The position numbers were made by a program, and so were the translations under genes. From Gammaproteobacteria bacterium (GTDB lineage Bacteria; Pseudomonadota; Gammaproteobacteria; UBA4575), in NCBI GenBank assembly GCA_965262455.1, contig CBDHFH010000008.1:322790-386789 (forward strand): DNA of 64,000 nt, in the 5' to 3' direction. The notes beneath the pieces were generated by a model. That model saw nothing but the letters and a program-made list of their open reading frames with translations, was not told where the DNA came from and searched no databases. Within the stretch, counting starts at the first letter, position 1; each line of letters begins with the position of its first letter. Shown in pieces: positions 1-9,864 of the stretch.

Positions 1-19
1 CGGAGATGATTATCTATAA
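1..19 (+). CDS. fliG: Probable 3' end of fliG (flagellar motor switch protein), truncated by the window edge
   Basis: Frame 2 reads GDDYL-stop, which resembles the acidic G-D-D-x-(V/L) C-termini of FliG. It lies immediately upstream of fliH, as in fliFGHIJ operons. Too short to verify. Confidence 0.3.
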
Positions 20-42
20 ATAATTTATAAGTAAAGGTATCT

Positions 43-660
43 ATGGGCATTGGGGGAATCACTAAATTATTACAAAATAATGCACATCGAAGCAGTAGCG
101 ATGTGTTTAAGCCAAATGCGTTGTTGAATGAAAAACATCAACAGCACAGTCAGATAGATGATGGTTTTGCCAGCGAGAAGCAGCTTGCATTTGAACAAGG
201 CTATCAAGAAGCGATAGCTAAGGCTGAGTCTGAATGGAAACACAAACTCGAAATGATTGACGCTATATCGACTATATTAAATGAGCCGATGAAAGACATC
301 GATCAGCAAATTCAAGAAAAAACAGCTGAAATTGCCATTACTATTGCCAAACAAGTTGTTAGACGAGAGTTATCTATTGATTCAGGTCAGATTGTATCTG
401 CTGTTAAGCAGGCCATTGATCTTATTCCCAAAGATGGTGAAAAAATTAACTTGCATGTCAATCCTAATGACGTGCAGCAGGTCAATGAAATATTCGCAGG
501 TAATGATGTCTCAAGTAAATACAATATTATTCAAGACCCATCCATTGAGATGGGTGGTTGTAAAGCTCTGACAGATTATTCATTGGTAGACTTAACTATT
601 GAAAAGCAAATAGCAAGTATTGCCGCGCAGATATTTGGAGATCAGAGAAGTGTTACCTAG
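43..660 (+). CDS. fliH: Flagellar assembly protein FliH (export ATPase regulator)
   Basis: 205 aa, directly upstream of and overlapping fliI. It has a coiled-coil-like EQGYQEAIAKAE segment and a C-terminal FliH/YscL-like region. Position in the operon supports the call. Confidence 0.8.
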   Translation: MGIGGITKLLQNNAHRSSSDVFKPNALLNEKHQQHSQIDDGFASEKQLAFEQGYQEAIAKAESEWKHKLEMIDAISTILNEPMKDIDQQIQEKTAEIAITIAKQVVRRELSIDSGQIVSAVKQAIDLIPKDGEKINLHVNPNDVQQVNEIFAGNDVSSKYNIIQDPSIEMGGCKALTDYSLVDLTIEKQIASIAAQIFGDQRSVT

Positions 661-2014
661 CACGTATTGGCAACAAAGAGAGAGTATCTATTCACGTTGG
701 TTTGAAAAATGTATCAAAAGTATTCAGCCTCAAGTGCCTATCGTACGTGGCGTGTTAACGCGTATTTCTGGTTTAGCATTAGAAGCGAAGGGCATACATT
801 GTAAAATAGGCACGCGTTGTCAAATTGTCTCAGACTCAGATCAGTTAATTGAAGCAGAAGTGGTGGGGTTCTCATCCGGCGTCACATTTCTTATGGCAAT
901 GTGCAAAACACATGAATGTGCGCCAGGTATGGAAGTGTTACCGAAAGAGCAACTGATTGGCTTGCCCGTTGGGAATGAATTGATTGGGCATGTGCTTGAT
1001 GGAAACGGTTCTCCCTTAGATCATAAATCTTTGCCAACAGATTTGATGCGTTTGCCTCTGAATCAGCACCCGATTAATCCGCTCGCACGTAGTATGATCA
1101 ACGAACCGCTAGATGTCGGTGTACGTAGTATTAATAGTTTATTAACTATCGGGCGCGGACAACGAATAGGTTTGATAGCACCGAGTGGTGTGGGTAAAAG
1201 TGTATTGCTTAGTATGATGACACGCTACACTAATGCAGATATTACCGTCATTGCACTGATTGGTGAACGAGGACGTGAGGTCAGTGAATTTCTTCATAAT
1301 ACATTAACAGAAGAATCGCGTAATAATTCTGTCGTAGTGGCAGCGCCCGCAGATTACAGCCCGTTACATCGCGTCCATGCTGCGCAATATGCTACAACAA
1401 TTGCAGAATACTTCCGCAGTCAAGGCAAGCATGTATTATTGTTGATGGATTCTTTGACTCGCTATGCACAGGCGCATCGTGAGATTTCTCTTTCCGTTGG
1501 CGAGCCACCTGTATCAAAAGGCTATCCGCCTTCCGTGTTCGCAAAAATCCCAGAGTTAGTTGAACGAGCAGGTATGAATCAAGATGGTACAGGTTCGATT
1601 ACAGCATTTTATACAGTACTGGCAGAGAATGGTGATCTTGATGATCCCGTTGTTGATTCTGCGCGCTCTGTATTAGATGGACATATAACGTTATCAAGAG
1701 AGCTGGCCGAATATGGTCACTATCCGGCAATCGATATAGAAAAGTCAATTAGCCGAATCATGAATAATATTGTCAGCAAAGAACATATTCAATTTTCCCA
1801 GATATTTCGCTCAATCTACTCAAAGTATCAGGAAAATAAAGATGTTATTCAATTAGGTATTTATAAACGTGGCTCTGATGAAGAACTGGATATAGCCATC
1901 ATGTTACATGACAAGTTAATGGCTTTTTTAGCACAAGACGTAGATGAAAGATCTCACTTAGAACAATCCGTGTTGTCATTAGCGCAACTGTTTGAGCAGG
2001 CAACACAACAATGA
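620..2014 (+). CDS. fliI: Flagellum-specific ATPase FliI
   Basis: Walker A APSGVGKS, Walker B-type LLLMDSLTRYA, and F1/T3SS-ATPase-like sequence throughout. The start is uncertain; an in-frame GTG at 650 overlaps the fliH stop. Confidence 0.95.
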   Translation: MPRRYLEIREVLPSTYWQQRESIYSRWFEKCIKSIQPQVPIVRGVLTRISGLALEAKGIHCKIGTRCQIVSDSDQLIEAEVVGFSSGVTFLMAMCKTHECAPGMEVLPKEQLIGLPVGNELIGHVLDGNGSPLDHKSLPTDLMRLPLNQHPINPLARSMINEPLDVGVRSINSLLTIGRGQRIGLIAPSGVGKSVLLSMMTRYTNADITVIALIGERGREVSEFLHNTLTEESRNNSVVVAAPADYSPLHRVHAAQYATTIAEYFRSQGKHVLLLMDSLTRYAQAHREISLSVGEPPVSKGYPPSVFAKIPELVERAGMNQDGTGSITAFYTVLAENGDLDDPVVDSARSVLDGHITLSRELAEYGHYPAIDIEKSISRIMNNIVSKEHIQFSQIFRSIYSKYQENKDVIQLGIYKRGSDEELDIAIMLHDKLMAFLAQDVDERSHLEQSVLSLAQLFEQATQQ

Positions 2015-2451
2015 AAAAGTTAACGCGATTAAAAAAACTTCACCATTTAATCAAGTTGCAAGAACAAGACATATTAATTGCATTTAAAGGTACTCAAAAA
2101 GTGAGTACTGATCTTAAAAATCAAATAGAAGATTTATCACAACATAATCAAACTTCAGCTGCAAAATTAATGCGTCAGTCTGTTACCATGAATGAAGTGA
2201 ATAATGTCAGATCGTTCAATGGAAAAGTAGAGCAAGTAATAGATCAATTAAAATTAAAACTAGATAAAAATGATGAAAAATTGTTGCATGTCGTTGAGCA
2301 AATGAAAGAAGTAAAAAGCCGTATGAAATCTATAGAAAGGCTCACACAGCGTGAAACTCAGCAACAGGATTATGTGCGGCAAAAGCATAGTCAATTACAG
2401 ATTGACGAGAATATTAATTACAAGCTGGGGACCAATAATAGCCAGGAATAG
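2011..2451 (+). CDS. fliJ: Flagellar export chaperone-like protein FliJ
   Basis: 146 aa, highly charged coiled-coil protein. It has a 4-nt overlap with the fliI stop and sits in the canonical fliHIJ position. Confidence 0.75.
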   Translation: MKKLTRLKKLHHLIKLQEQDILIAFKGTQKVSTDLKNQIEDLSQHNQTSAAKLMRQSVTMNEVNNVRSFNGKVEQVIDQLKLKLDKNDEKLLHVVEQMKEVKSRMKSIERLTQRETQQQDYVRQKHSQLQIDENINYKLGTNNSQE

Positions 2452-2468
2452 CGCAAGTATGAAAAAGT

Positions 2469-2484
2469 TGGCTTGGTATATGCA
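2469..2484 (+). promoter_or_regulatory. Sigma-54 (RpoN)-type promoter candidate upstream of fliK
   Basis: TGGCTTGGTATATGCA gives GG-N10-GC spacing with TGGC and TGCA cores. It lies 37 nt upstream of the fliK ATG. Confidence 0.45.
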
Positions 2485-2520
2485 ATAAGCCTAGTAACGT
2501 TGTTTACTAGGTACTAAAAA

Positions 2521-4320
2521 ATGCATTTACTGCTTGCTCAAATTACTAACATCTTTGCTGCGCAATCGATTAATCCTCTGCAAAACAGCAACATAGATAA
2601 TCTATTGAGCGGTGGGGAAGACTTTAGTCATATGTTGGAAACACTAGGTAATGATGCAGTGCCTGCAAATTTTGCCATGTTTAATAGTCAATCTTTGCCA
2701 TCTACAGCTTATACCCCAGTATCAATTCATGTCAGTCAATTTGCATTTTTAACACAACCATCCGCATTGCAACATAGTTTGGGTGCATCGGGTAAGCAGA
2801 GTGACACATCCGTAGCGTCATCGAGCTCAAACATTAATAGCTCAGGTCGATTGCCAATTTTCAATCATTTTGATGCTGCGAGTGAAGCTGGAGTTAAAAG
2901 TGGATTAAATATGCCAGCAGAGCAGATGCCCATGCGCTCAGATATCGATAAAGCATTAGATAGGATTATTGATAATCGTATCAATATCGCAAGAACACCT
3001 GAAGTCGTTGCTCAAATGAATGATATAGTCATTAAGGAAAATGATTTATCTCAGGTGCAGGATGCAGCTTTATCTAAATTGTCCACACTTTCAGATGCAG
3101 TTGAGAATACATATGTGAACATGCCTGTCATTAACGCTAAACATATGATGAGCAATAACGCTGCTGATACTATCAATGTTGAAATAGAAGAAGCTATATC
3201 AGTCTCACAGATAAATAAAGCTGCTACCGAATCATTATCAGGCATGCAAAAACGCGATGTTCTTCATACAATGAGTCAAGCAAATACAGGAATACTTGCT
3301 AATGAAAAATCAGTAAATCAGCATGTCAATGTGACAGATAATGCTTTACATAATCAAGATATTAAAGCTTTGAATAATCCCTCATTGAATAGAGTTGAAG
3401 CAATGAATAATGAGGCGATAAACAAAGATACTGCTCAACGTACTGAAGCTAATCCTGTCGTTGGTAGCCAGAGTCAACCTAAAGCGATCAATAGTACTGC
3501 AGAGATGAGCGCGCAGAAAAATATCCCTGAAGCAAACCTGTATAAGCCGAAGACTGACTTAATCAGTGAAAACACAGCAAATAAGCCTATTTATAATGTT
3601 AAAGAAAATAGCGACACAAGATACAACGATACTAGCTACAGAAATGAACGTACCGTTTACCAAACATCACAAACACAGGGAAATTATGAGCGTTATCTGT
3701 CAATCGCACATAATGAACAAAGCGGTTCAGACGTAGAATTTTCATCTTTAGTCAATAAGGGTCCAGACTCCAGTACCGAGCTAAAAAATAGTGTTAATCA
3801 GTTCTCTGTAGAAAAATCACCTGCAATGAATGTAGCAACGGACTCAGTATCATCAGCGAATAAATTGCTTGCTACTGATAAATCCGTATTCAATATGGCC
3901 AGTAGTGCTGAAGTGAAAAATGGTGAAGAACTAGCGCAACAAATTACTTGGGCAAAGCATAATAATGCTAATCATGTAAAAATTTCTTTATCTCCAGAGC
4001 ATTTAGGTGCATTAGAAATTAATATTGAGAAAGATCGTGATGGATTTAATATTCAATTCACCACTCAAAATGCCTTAGCCAAAGACGCGCTTGAGACATA
4101 CTTGCCAAGACTAAGAGATATGTTAGAGCAACAAGGCTTAAACTTGCAAAATGCTAATGTCTCTCAACAAGGAGCTAACCGTAATACCGATAGCTATAAT
4201 CAAGCAGCTGATCAATATGATATACAGGAAAGCAATTCAAATAGAGATGACTCGACTGAAGAACCTCATCTAAATCAGGCATCTAGCCAACATAATTATT
4301 TGTTAGAGGCGTTTGCGTAA
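2521..4320 (+). CDS. fliK: Flagellar hook-length control protein FliK
   Basis: 599 aa with a long N/S/Q-rich low-complexity N-terminal part. The C-terminal Flg_hook-like domain reads VKISLSPEHLGALEINIEKDRDGFNIQFTTQNALAKDALETYLPRLRDMLEQQGL. Confidence 0.85.
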   Translation: MHLLLAQITNIFAAQSINPLQNSNIDNLLSGGEDFSHMLETLGNDAVPANFAMFNSQSLPSTAYTPVSIHVSQFAFLTQPSALQHSLGASGKQSDTSVASSSSNINSSGRLPIFNHFDAASEAGVKSGLNMPAEQMPMRSDIDKALDRIIDNRINIARTPEVVAQMNDIVIKENDLSQVQDAALSKLSTLSDAVENTYVNMPVINAKHMMSNNAADTINVEIEEAISVSQINKAATESLSGMQKRDVLHTMSQANTGILANEKSVNQHVNVTDNALHNQDIKALNNPSLNRVEAMNNEAINKDTAQRTEANPVVGSQSQPKAINSTAEMSAQKNIPEANLYKPKTDLISENTANKPIYNVKENSDTRYNDTSYRNERTVYQTSQTQGNYERYLSIAHNEQSGSDVEFSSLVNKGPDSSTELKNSVNQFSVEKSPAMNVATDSVSSANKLLATDKSVFNMASSAEVKNGEELAQQITWAKHNNANHVKISLSPEHLGALEINIEKDRDGFNIQFTTQNALAKDALETYLPRLRDMLEQQGLNLQNANVSQQGANRNTDSYNQAADQYDIQESNSNRDDSTEEPHLNQASSQHNYLLEAFA

Positions 4321-4379
4321 CATTTAATTTGCAACGTCGATATTTCGGCGTCACCCACCTTAATCGATGTCAATCACTT

Positions 4380-4398
4380 GTCACTTGGCCAGAGTGAC
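4380..4398. promoter_or_regulatory. Inverted repeat GTCACT-N7-AGTGAC; candidate enhancer-binding-protein site for the fliL promoter
   Basis: Perfect 6-bp arms around a TGGCCA-containing spacer, preceded by a tandem TCACTTG TCACTTG (4374-4387). It lies about 60-80 nt upstream of the -24 element at 4456, a typical UAS distance. Confidence 0.3.
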
Positions 4399-4455
4399 TT
4401 GCCAAATTTTTAGCGACTAATATTTATCTTATTGATAATTATACAAAAAATTTAT

Positions 4456-4471
4456 TGGCACATGCCTTGCA
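4456..4471 (+). promoter_or_regulatory. Sigma-54 (RpoN) promoter of the fliLMNOPQR-flhB... transcription unit
   Basis: TGGCAC-ATGCC-TTGCA is an exact match to the TGGCAC-N5-TTGCW consensus. It lies 65 nt upstream of the fliL ATG. Confidence 0.7.
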
Positions 4472-4535
4472 GATAGCTAAGCAATGGCAGCGTCTGTCAT
4501 TGAGAATTTAGTAAACATAGTTAAAGGGTTAAGGG

Positions 4536-5045
4536 ATGGCTGAAGAAGAAAATATAGAAGAAGAAAAGAAAGGCTCAAGTAAAAAGTTAATCATCATGAT
4601 CGCATTGGGATTAATTATCTTAAGCATAGGTGCGGGAGGTGCTTTCTTCTTCATGAGTGGATCTGAAGAACCAGTCGAAGGTGAAGTTGCTGAAGGCGAA
4701 ATGACTGAAGAAGAAATGAACAAAGAAGTAGCAATCTATCACGATTTACATCCAGCCTTTGTAGCCAATTTCAGTGGTAAATCTAACAAGAACTATATGC
4801 AAGTCTATATTGTCGCTATGGCTTATGAGGATTCTGTAATCCAAGATCTGCAGTTACATATGCCGGTGATTAGAAATAATGTACTGATGACGTTGAGTTC
4901 AACAACCAGTCAGGAAATAGAAACTGTTGAAGGAAAAGAGCAATTAAGACAAAAAGTATTATTGAAAATGAAAGAAACAATGAAGGAAAAAACTGGCGAA
5001 GAAGGAATTCAGGACATTTACTTCACAAAATTTGTGGCGCAGTAA
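4536..5045 (+). CDS. fliL: Flagellar basal-body-associated protein FliL
   Basis: 169 aa with an acidic N-terminus, a single TM helix (LIIMIALGLIILSIGAGGAFFF) and a FliL-like C-terminal domain. It sits upstream of fliM. Confidence 0.85.
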   Translation: MAEEENIEEEKKGSSKKLIIMIALGLIILSIGAGGAFFFMSGSEEPVEGEVAEGEMTEEEMNKEVAIYHDLHPAFVANFSGKSNKNYMQVYIVAMAYEDSVIQDLQLHMPVIRNNVLMTLSSTTSQEIETVEGKEQLRQKVLLKMKETMKEKTGEEGIQDIYFTKFVAQ

Positions 5046-5048
5046 CTG

Positions 5049-6107
5049 ATGAAAGATGAAGACATATTAACTGAAGATGAATTGAATGATCTTACAAGTA
5101 AAGATCAGTCAGCGCAGGGTTCTACTGGCAAAAAAGAAGAGCTCTATGAGCTAGGTCAAGTTATTCCATATGACTTCAAGCAACCTGAACATACTAAGCA
5201 ATCACAATTCCCAACCTTGCAAATTATTAATGAGAAAACAGCAATTGAGCTGCGAGAAAGTCTTGAATTGATGTTGCAACAGAAAGTAGAGGTAACAGCG
5301 TTAGATTCTTATATTAATAAGTTTGGTGAATTCGTTCATTCATTAAGCATTCCGATTGATATTAAAAAAATCAATGTGCCTGAGTTAAAAGGAAGCTTCT
5401 TTGTGTGTTTCGATAATGGACTTATCGATTCAATTATAGAGGGATATTTCGGTGCGCCGGAATTTGAGTCAGAAAAATCATCTAAAGATGAAAAAGAAGA
5501 TGATAAGGATAAAGACGAGGATGCAGAGCCACAAGTTGAAGAAGTAGTAAAAAAAGAAGAATTTACTAAAGCTGAATCACGCATAAGTCAAAAATTATTA
5601 AATTATGTATTAGATAGTATGCAAGCCGCATGGAAGATTCTTGGCAGCTATCATTTTAATTATGAAAAAACAGAAAATAATCCAAAATTAATTAATGATC
5701 TTGATCATGAAGAGCTCGTCATCAATATGAATTTTGAAGTAAAGATAAGAGAAAAAATAAATATTATTCAAATCGGTGTGCCATATAAAACACTGGATAA
5801 AGTTAAGCATCAATTACGCAGAGTCGTGCAGAATATACGTGAAGCAAGTGATAAAAAGTGGTTAATGAGGCTATATGAAAAAGCGCAATCTGTTCCCATG
5901 GAGCTGGTCGGTGAGTTGTGCAGAGTTGTTATTCCTGTCAGTAAACTCGTTGAGTTAAAAGTTGGCGATACTTTACGAATTCAAAAGCCCGAAAATATCA
6001 CTATCTATGTAGATAAAACACCGATATTAACTGGTCAACTTGGTGAATCAAATGGACAAACGGCTATTCAGGTGAATGAATGGATTCGGCCAGAAATTAA
6101 AAAATAA
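5049..6107 (+). CDS. fliM: Flagellar motor switch protein FliM
   Basis: The N-terminal ILTEDELNDL resembles the CheY-P binding LSQxEIDALL motif. A FliM middle domain and C-terminal SpoA-like domain follow. It contains an acidic insertion (see findings). Confidence 0.9.
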   Translation: MKDEDILTEDELNDLTSKDQSAQGSTGKKEELYELGQVIPYDFKQPEHTKQSQFPTLQIINEKTAIELRESLELMLQQKVEVTALDSYINKFGEFVHSLSIPIDIKKINVPELKGSFFVCFDNGLIDSIIEGYFGAPEFESEKSSKDEKEDDKDKDEDAEPQVEEVVKKEEFTKAESRISQKLLNYVLDSMQAAWKILGSYHFNYEKTENNPKLINDLDHEELVINMNFEVKIREKINIIQIGVPYKTLDKVKHQLRRVVQNIREASDKKWLMRLYEKAQSVPMELVGELCRVVIPVSKLVELKVGDTLRIQKPENITIYVDKTPILTGQLGESNGQTAIQVNEWIRPEIKK

Positions 6108-6133
6108 AAATATATTTGAGATAAGGAAGAAAA

Positions 6134-6490
6134 ATGTCTGAAGCAGAACAAGATGCGAGTGTTGAAAGTCAGCAAACAGGTTTGGAGGATGAAAAAATAC
6201 TTGATGCTGCGAGTCTTGAAGATAATCCAAACTTGGATGTGATATTGAATATTCCTGTTCAGGTCTCTCTAGAGCTTGGTAAAGCAAAAATGGATATGAG
6301 GGATTTATTGCAACTGGGGCAAGGTTCTGTAGTAGAGCTGGAAAGAATGGTTGATGAGCCGTTAGATGTGCTTGTCAATGGTGCGCTGGTTGCACGAGGC
6401 GAAGTCGTCGTCGTTGATAATAAATTTGCAATTCGCTTAACGGATATTGTTAGTCCAGAAAAACGCGTTCAATCATTTAGCGGTTCATAA
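6134..6490 (+). CDS. fliN: Flagellar motor switch protein FliN
   Basis: 118 aa with a SpoA/FliN C-terminal domain: LDVILNIPVQVSLELGKAKMDMRDLLQLGQGSVVELERMVDEPLDVLVNG. Confidence 0.9.
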   Translation: MSEAEQDASVESQQTGLEDEKILDAASLEDNPNLDVILNIPVQVSLELGKAKMDMRDLLQLGQGSVVELERMVDEPLDVLVNGALVARGEVVVVDNKFAIRLTDIVSPEKRVQSFSGS

Positions 6491-6494
6491 ATCA

Positions 6495-6941
6495 ATGAAT
6501 ACTATTTTTGACGTAAGCAAGAAATTGTTAAGCGTTATTGTAATATATTCTATTCTAATGCCTTGTTCTCTGGCGCAAGAGTCTGTTAGTAGTAATTCTA
6601 TTAGTTCATATTCATTTGAAGCGCTAAAAGTGATTGTTTCTTTGGCAATTGTACTTGGCATTTTTTACTTATTGATTTTTGCATTTAAAAAATATACCGG
6701 GATGAATTTGAAGGCGCACTCGACCATGAAAGTGTTGGGTGGACTGTCATTAGGTGCTAAAGATAAAGTTGTGATTATCCAAGCAGGTAAGGTTCACTTA
6801 TTACTCAGCGTTTCCGCGGCTGGCGTTAATAAATTACATCAGTTTTGCGATAACGAGCTGGATTCGACTTTAACCATGAATATGAATAACGAAAACTTTA
6901 GCCAGCATATTAGTAAAGTGCTTAATAATAAACAATCATGA
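6495..6941 (+). CDS. fliO: Flagellar biosynthesis protein FliO
   Basis: Small single-TM protein between fliN and fliP. The start was placed at the ATG at 6495, just after the fliN stop; the track ORF extends back to 6447. Confidence 0.7.
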   Translation: MNTIFDVSKKLLSVIVIYSILMPCSLAQESVSSNSISSYSFEALKVIVSLAIVLGIFYLLIFAFKKYTGMNLKAHSTMKVLGGLSLGAKDKVVIIQAGKVHLLLSVSAAGVNKLHQFCDNELDSTLTMNMNNENFSQHISKVLNNKQS

Positions 6942-7669
6942 AACTACTAGTATCCCTCTTACTTTTCTTCTTTGCATCAGGTCTGTATGCGGCTCCTGGT
7001 CTTGAAGCATTGACAGTAGAAACCACAGTCGATGGTGATCAAAAATATTCATTGAGTCTGCAAGCATTAGTTTTGATGACAGCATTAACTTTGCTGCCAG
7101 CTGCATTATTAATGATGACATCATTTACGCGAGTGATTATTGTATTAGCGATCCTTCGTCAAGCGCTTGGTACAGCGCAGACTCCATCGAATCAGATACT
7201 TCTTGGCTTGGCGTTATTTATAACCATATTTATTATGTCGCCAGTGTTGCATGATATTAATATCAATGCTGCACAACCTTACTATGCAGAGAATATATCA
7301 GCTGCAGAAGCCATAGAGCAAGCCAAACGACCAATCATGGATTTCATGATGTCACAAACACGTGAAGATGATATTTCCATGTTTATTGAAATGTCAGGTA
7401 TTCAGGGCATAGATGGTCCTGAGAGTGTTCCACTGACAGTACTCATGCCTTCTTTTATAACAAGTGAGCTAAAAACAGCGTTCCAGATTGGCTTTTTAAT
7501 ATTTTTGCCCTTTTTGATTATTGATTTAGTTGTAGCAAGTGTGCTGATGTCAATGGGTATGATGATGTTATCGCCATTGATAATTTCCTTGCCATTTAAA
7601 CTCATGCTTTTTGTCATGGTTGACGGTTGGTCAATGATAGTGGGCAGTCTTGCGTCAAGTTTCTTATAA
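6938..7669 (+). CDS. fliP: Flagellar type III export apparatus protein FliP
   Basis: Signal peptide plus conserved FliP motifs ([56 protein letters not shown]). Confidence 0.95.
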   Translation: MKLLVSLLLFFFASGLYAAPGLEALTVETTVDGDQKYSLSLQALVLMTALTLLPAALLMMTSFTRVIIVLAILRQALGTAQTPSNQILLGLALFITIFIMSPVLHDININAAQPYYAENISAAEAIEQAKRPIMDFMMSQTREDDISMFIEMSGIQGIDGPESVPLTVLMPSFITSELKTAFQIGFLIFLPFLIIDLVVASVLMSMGMMMLSPLIISLPFKLMLFVMVDGWSMIVGSLASSFL

Positions 7670-7681
7670 GGTGAATTAACT

Positions 7682-7951
7682 ATGAGTCCAGAAGCGGTAT
7701 TGGATATCACACAAAATGCTATGTGGACAGCCGTGCTGGTTGCCGCGCCTATGCTAGGTGTAGCACTGGGAGTGGGTTTAATCATTGGTATGTTCCAGGC
7801 AGCAACACAAATTAATGAAATGACGCTAAGTTTTATACCAAAGTTATTCGCATTGTTTTTAACGCTTGTGTTCGCTGGGCCATGGTTATTGGCAACACTG
7901 ACGAATTACACACAGCAATTGATTTTAAATATTCCTGCGATTATTGGATAA
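7682..7951 (+). CDS. fliQ: Flagellar export apparatus protein FliQ
   Basis: 89 aa, two TM segments, with the conserved FQAATQINEMTLSFIPK motif. Confidence 0.95.
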   Translation: MSPEAVLDITQNAMWTAVLVAAPMLGVALGVGLIIGMFQAATQINEMTLSFIPKLFALFLTLVFAGPWLLATLTNYTQQLILNIPAIIG

Positions 7952-7954
7952 ATT

Positions 7955-8713
7955 ATGCAAGCAGCATATTTAATTGAATATTTCAGTGAATTTATGTGGC
8001 CTTTTGCAAGAGTCACTGGCTTGTTATTAATTGCCCCGCTTATTGGTAGTTCGTATATACCATTATATATAAAAGTATTAGTAGCCACTGCGATTACAAT
8101 ATTTATTGTTCCCTTGATTGAAGCGCCCACTGATATTGATCCACTTAGTTTTAATGGTCTGACAATGTTAATGCAACAAATCATGATCGGATTAATCATT
8201 GGTTTAATCATGCAAGTGGCTTTTAACGCAATTACAATCGCAGGTGAAAATATCGCGTTAACCATGGGTTTAGGTTTTGCTTCTATGACAGACCCAGCTA
8301 ATGGCGTCACTATCCCTGTTGTGAGTCAGATAATGACTGTGTTTGCATCGCTATATTTTTTAGCCTTGAATGGCCATATTGCTTTAATACAGTTATTAAT
8401 CGAAAGTTTTTCACTGCAACCAATAGTAAGTACGCTTTCATTGGATACGGCACTGTCAGTGGCGGAATGGGGCGCACGTATGTTTATTGGCGCGTTATTA
8501 GTATCAATCCCTGCTGTCACAGCATTGCTTGTTGTGAATATCGCGATGGGATTAATGACGCGTGTCGCACCGCAAATGAATATATTTTCGGTTGGTTTTC
8601 CGTTGACTATGATGCTCGGATTTATTGCTATTGCAATTACTATCCCAATGGCAATGCGAATATTTCAAGATATTCTTGAACAATCAATCGAATATGCCAG
8701 CTTGTTATTCTAA
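7955..8713 (+). CDS. fliR: Flagellar export apparatus protein FliR
   Basis: 252 aa polytopic membrane protein following fliQ, with FliR-like sequence (FARVTGLLLIAPL..., GFPLTMMLG). Confidence 0.9.
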   Translation: MQAAYLIEYFSEFMWPFARVTGLLLIAPLIGSSYIPLYIKVLVATAITIFIVPLIEAPTDIDPLSFNGLTMLMQQIMIGLIIGLIMQVAFNAITIAGENIALTMGLGFASMTDPANGVTIPVVSQIMTVFASLYFLALNGHIALIQLLIESFSLQPIVSTLSLDTALSVAEWGARMFIGALLVSIPAVTALLVVNIAMGLMTRVAPQMNIFSVGFPLTMMLGFIAIAITIPMAMRIFQDILEQSIEYASLLF

Positions 8714-8728
8714 TTAATATGGTGAGCT

Positions 8729-9859
8729 ATGGCAGAAAATAATACCGACGATCAAGAAAAAACCGAACAACCGAGTGCCAAGCGGTTACTTGACGCAAAG
8801 AAGAAAGGTCAGGTACCGCGTTCAAGAGAATTGAATGTCACTATTGCGACCCTGGGTGGTGGCTTTTTATTGTTATTTTCTTTAGGTGGGATTCATCAAT
8901 CTATTACCAGTGCATTCAATAAAAGTTATTCAATCACGCATAAAGCAATGTTGAGTAATAATTATATCTTGGAAGTAATGGGGGCTACTTTTAGTGAGGT
9001 TTTAGGTAGTTTGATATTTCTGTTTTCAATGTTGACTGTTATTGTTGTATGTGGACCAGTATTAATAGGTGGCTGGTCATTTAACTTATCATCGATGGGT
9101 TTCAAGATTTCTAAATTAAATCCGCTCAAGGGTTTTAAAAGAATGTTTGGTCTGAACGGTCTGATGGAACTCATTAAGTCGGTATTAAAAGTCATTTTAG
9201 TTGCCTCTATTGCATATGTATTTATCGTCGCAAAACAAGGTGAAATGCTGCAGCTAGCAGGTGAGCAACATGATAAAGCTATTGTTCATTCTATTTCTCT
9301 AGTATTAAGTAGTTATATTTATATCGCTATCGGACTGATAATCATTATTGGTATCGATGTGCCTTACCAGCTGTGGAATCATAAAAAACAGTTAAGAATG
9401 AGCTTACAAGAGCTTAAGGATGAGTTTAAGGAAACTGAAGGTAATCCTGAGTCAAAAGCACGTGCACGTAACTTGCAACGTGAAATATCACAGCGAAAAA
9501 TGCTGCAGGAAGTACCCAATGCCGATGTCGTTATCGTTAACCCGACACACTATAGTGTCGCCTTAAGTTATGACACTAGTTCTGATGCAGCACCCATTGT
9601 GGTAGCAAAAGGTGTTGACAACATTGCATTAAAGATTAGAGAAATTGCCGCAAGCCATAATGTCCCAGTGTTCACAGCACCTCTGTTAGCACGTGCTATT
9701 TACCATACTTCTGATTTAGATAATGAAGTGGTGTCTGATTTATACATGGCGGTTGCAAAAGTATTGGCTTATGTCTTCCAGTTAAAAAATGCCAAGCCAG
9801 GGAATCATCCTAAGCCGCCAACTGATTTAACCATACCAAAAGAATATAGGGATTATTAG
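8729..9859 (+). CDS. flhB: Flagellar export switch protein FlhB
   Basis: N-terminal EKTEQPSAKRL, the NPTH autocleavage motif (VVIVNPTHYSVAL) and four TM segments. Confidence 0.95.
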   Translation: MAENNTDDQEKTEQPSAKRLLDAKKKGQVPRSRELNVTIATLGGGFLLLFSLGGIHQSITSAFNKSYSITHKAMLSNNYILEVMGATFSEVLGSLIFLFSMLTVIVVCGPVLIGGWSFNLSSMGFKISKLNPLKGFKRMFGLNGLMELIKSVLKVILVASIAYVFIVAKQGEMLQLAGEQHDKAIVHSISLVLSSYIYIAIGLIIIIGIDVPYQLWNHKKQLRMSLQELKDEFKETEGNPESKARARNLQREISQRKMLQEVPNADVVIVNPTHYSVALSYDTSSDAAPIVVAKGVDNIALKIREIAASHNVPVFTAPLLARAIYHTSDLDNEVVSDLYMAVAKVLAYVFQLKNAKPGNHPKPPTDLTIPKEYRDY

Positions 9860-9864
9860 CAACT

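Noticed and set aside
7402-8310. Antisense ORFs 7402-7785 (127 aa) and 7906-8310 (134 aa) opposite fliP, fliQ and fliR
   Set aside because: They lie entirely within well-supported flagellar export genes on the other strand. Their composition is low-complexity and hydrophobic, typical of shadow frames. They have no RBS or motif.
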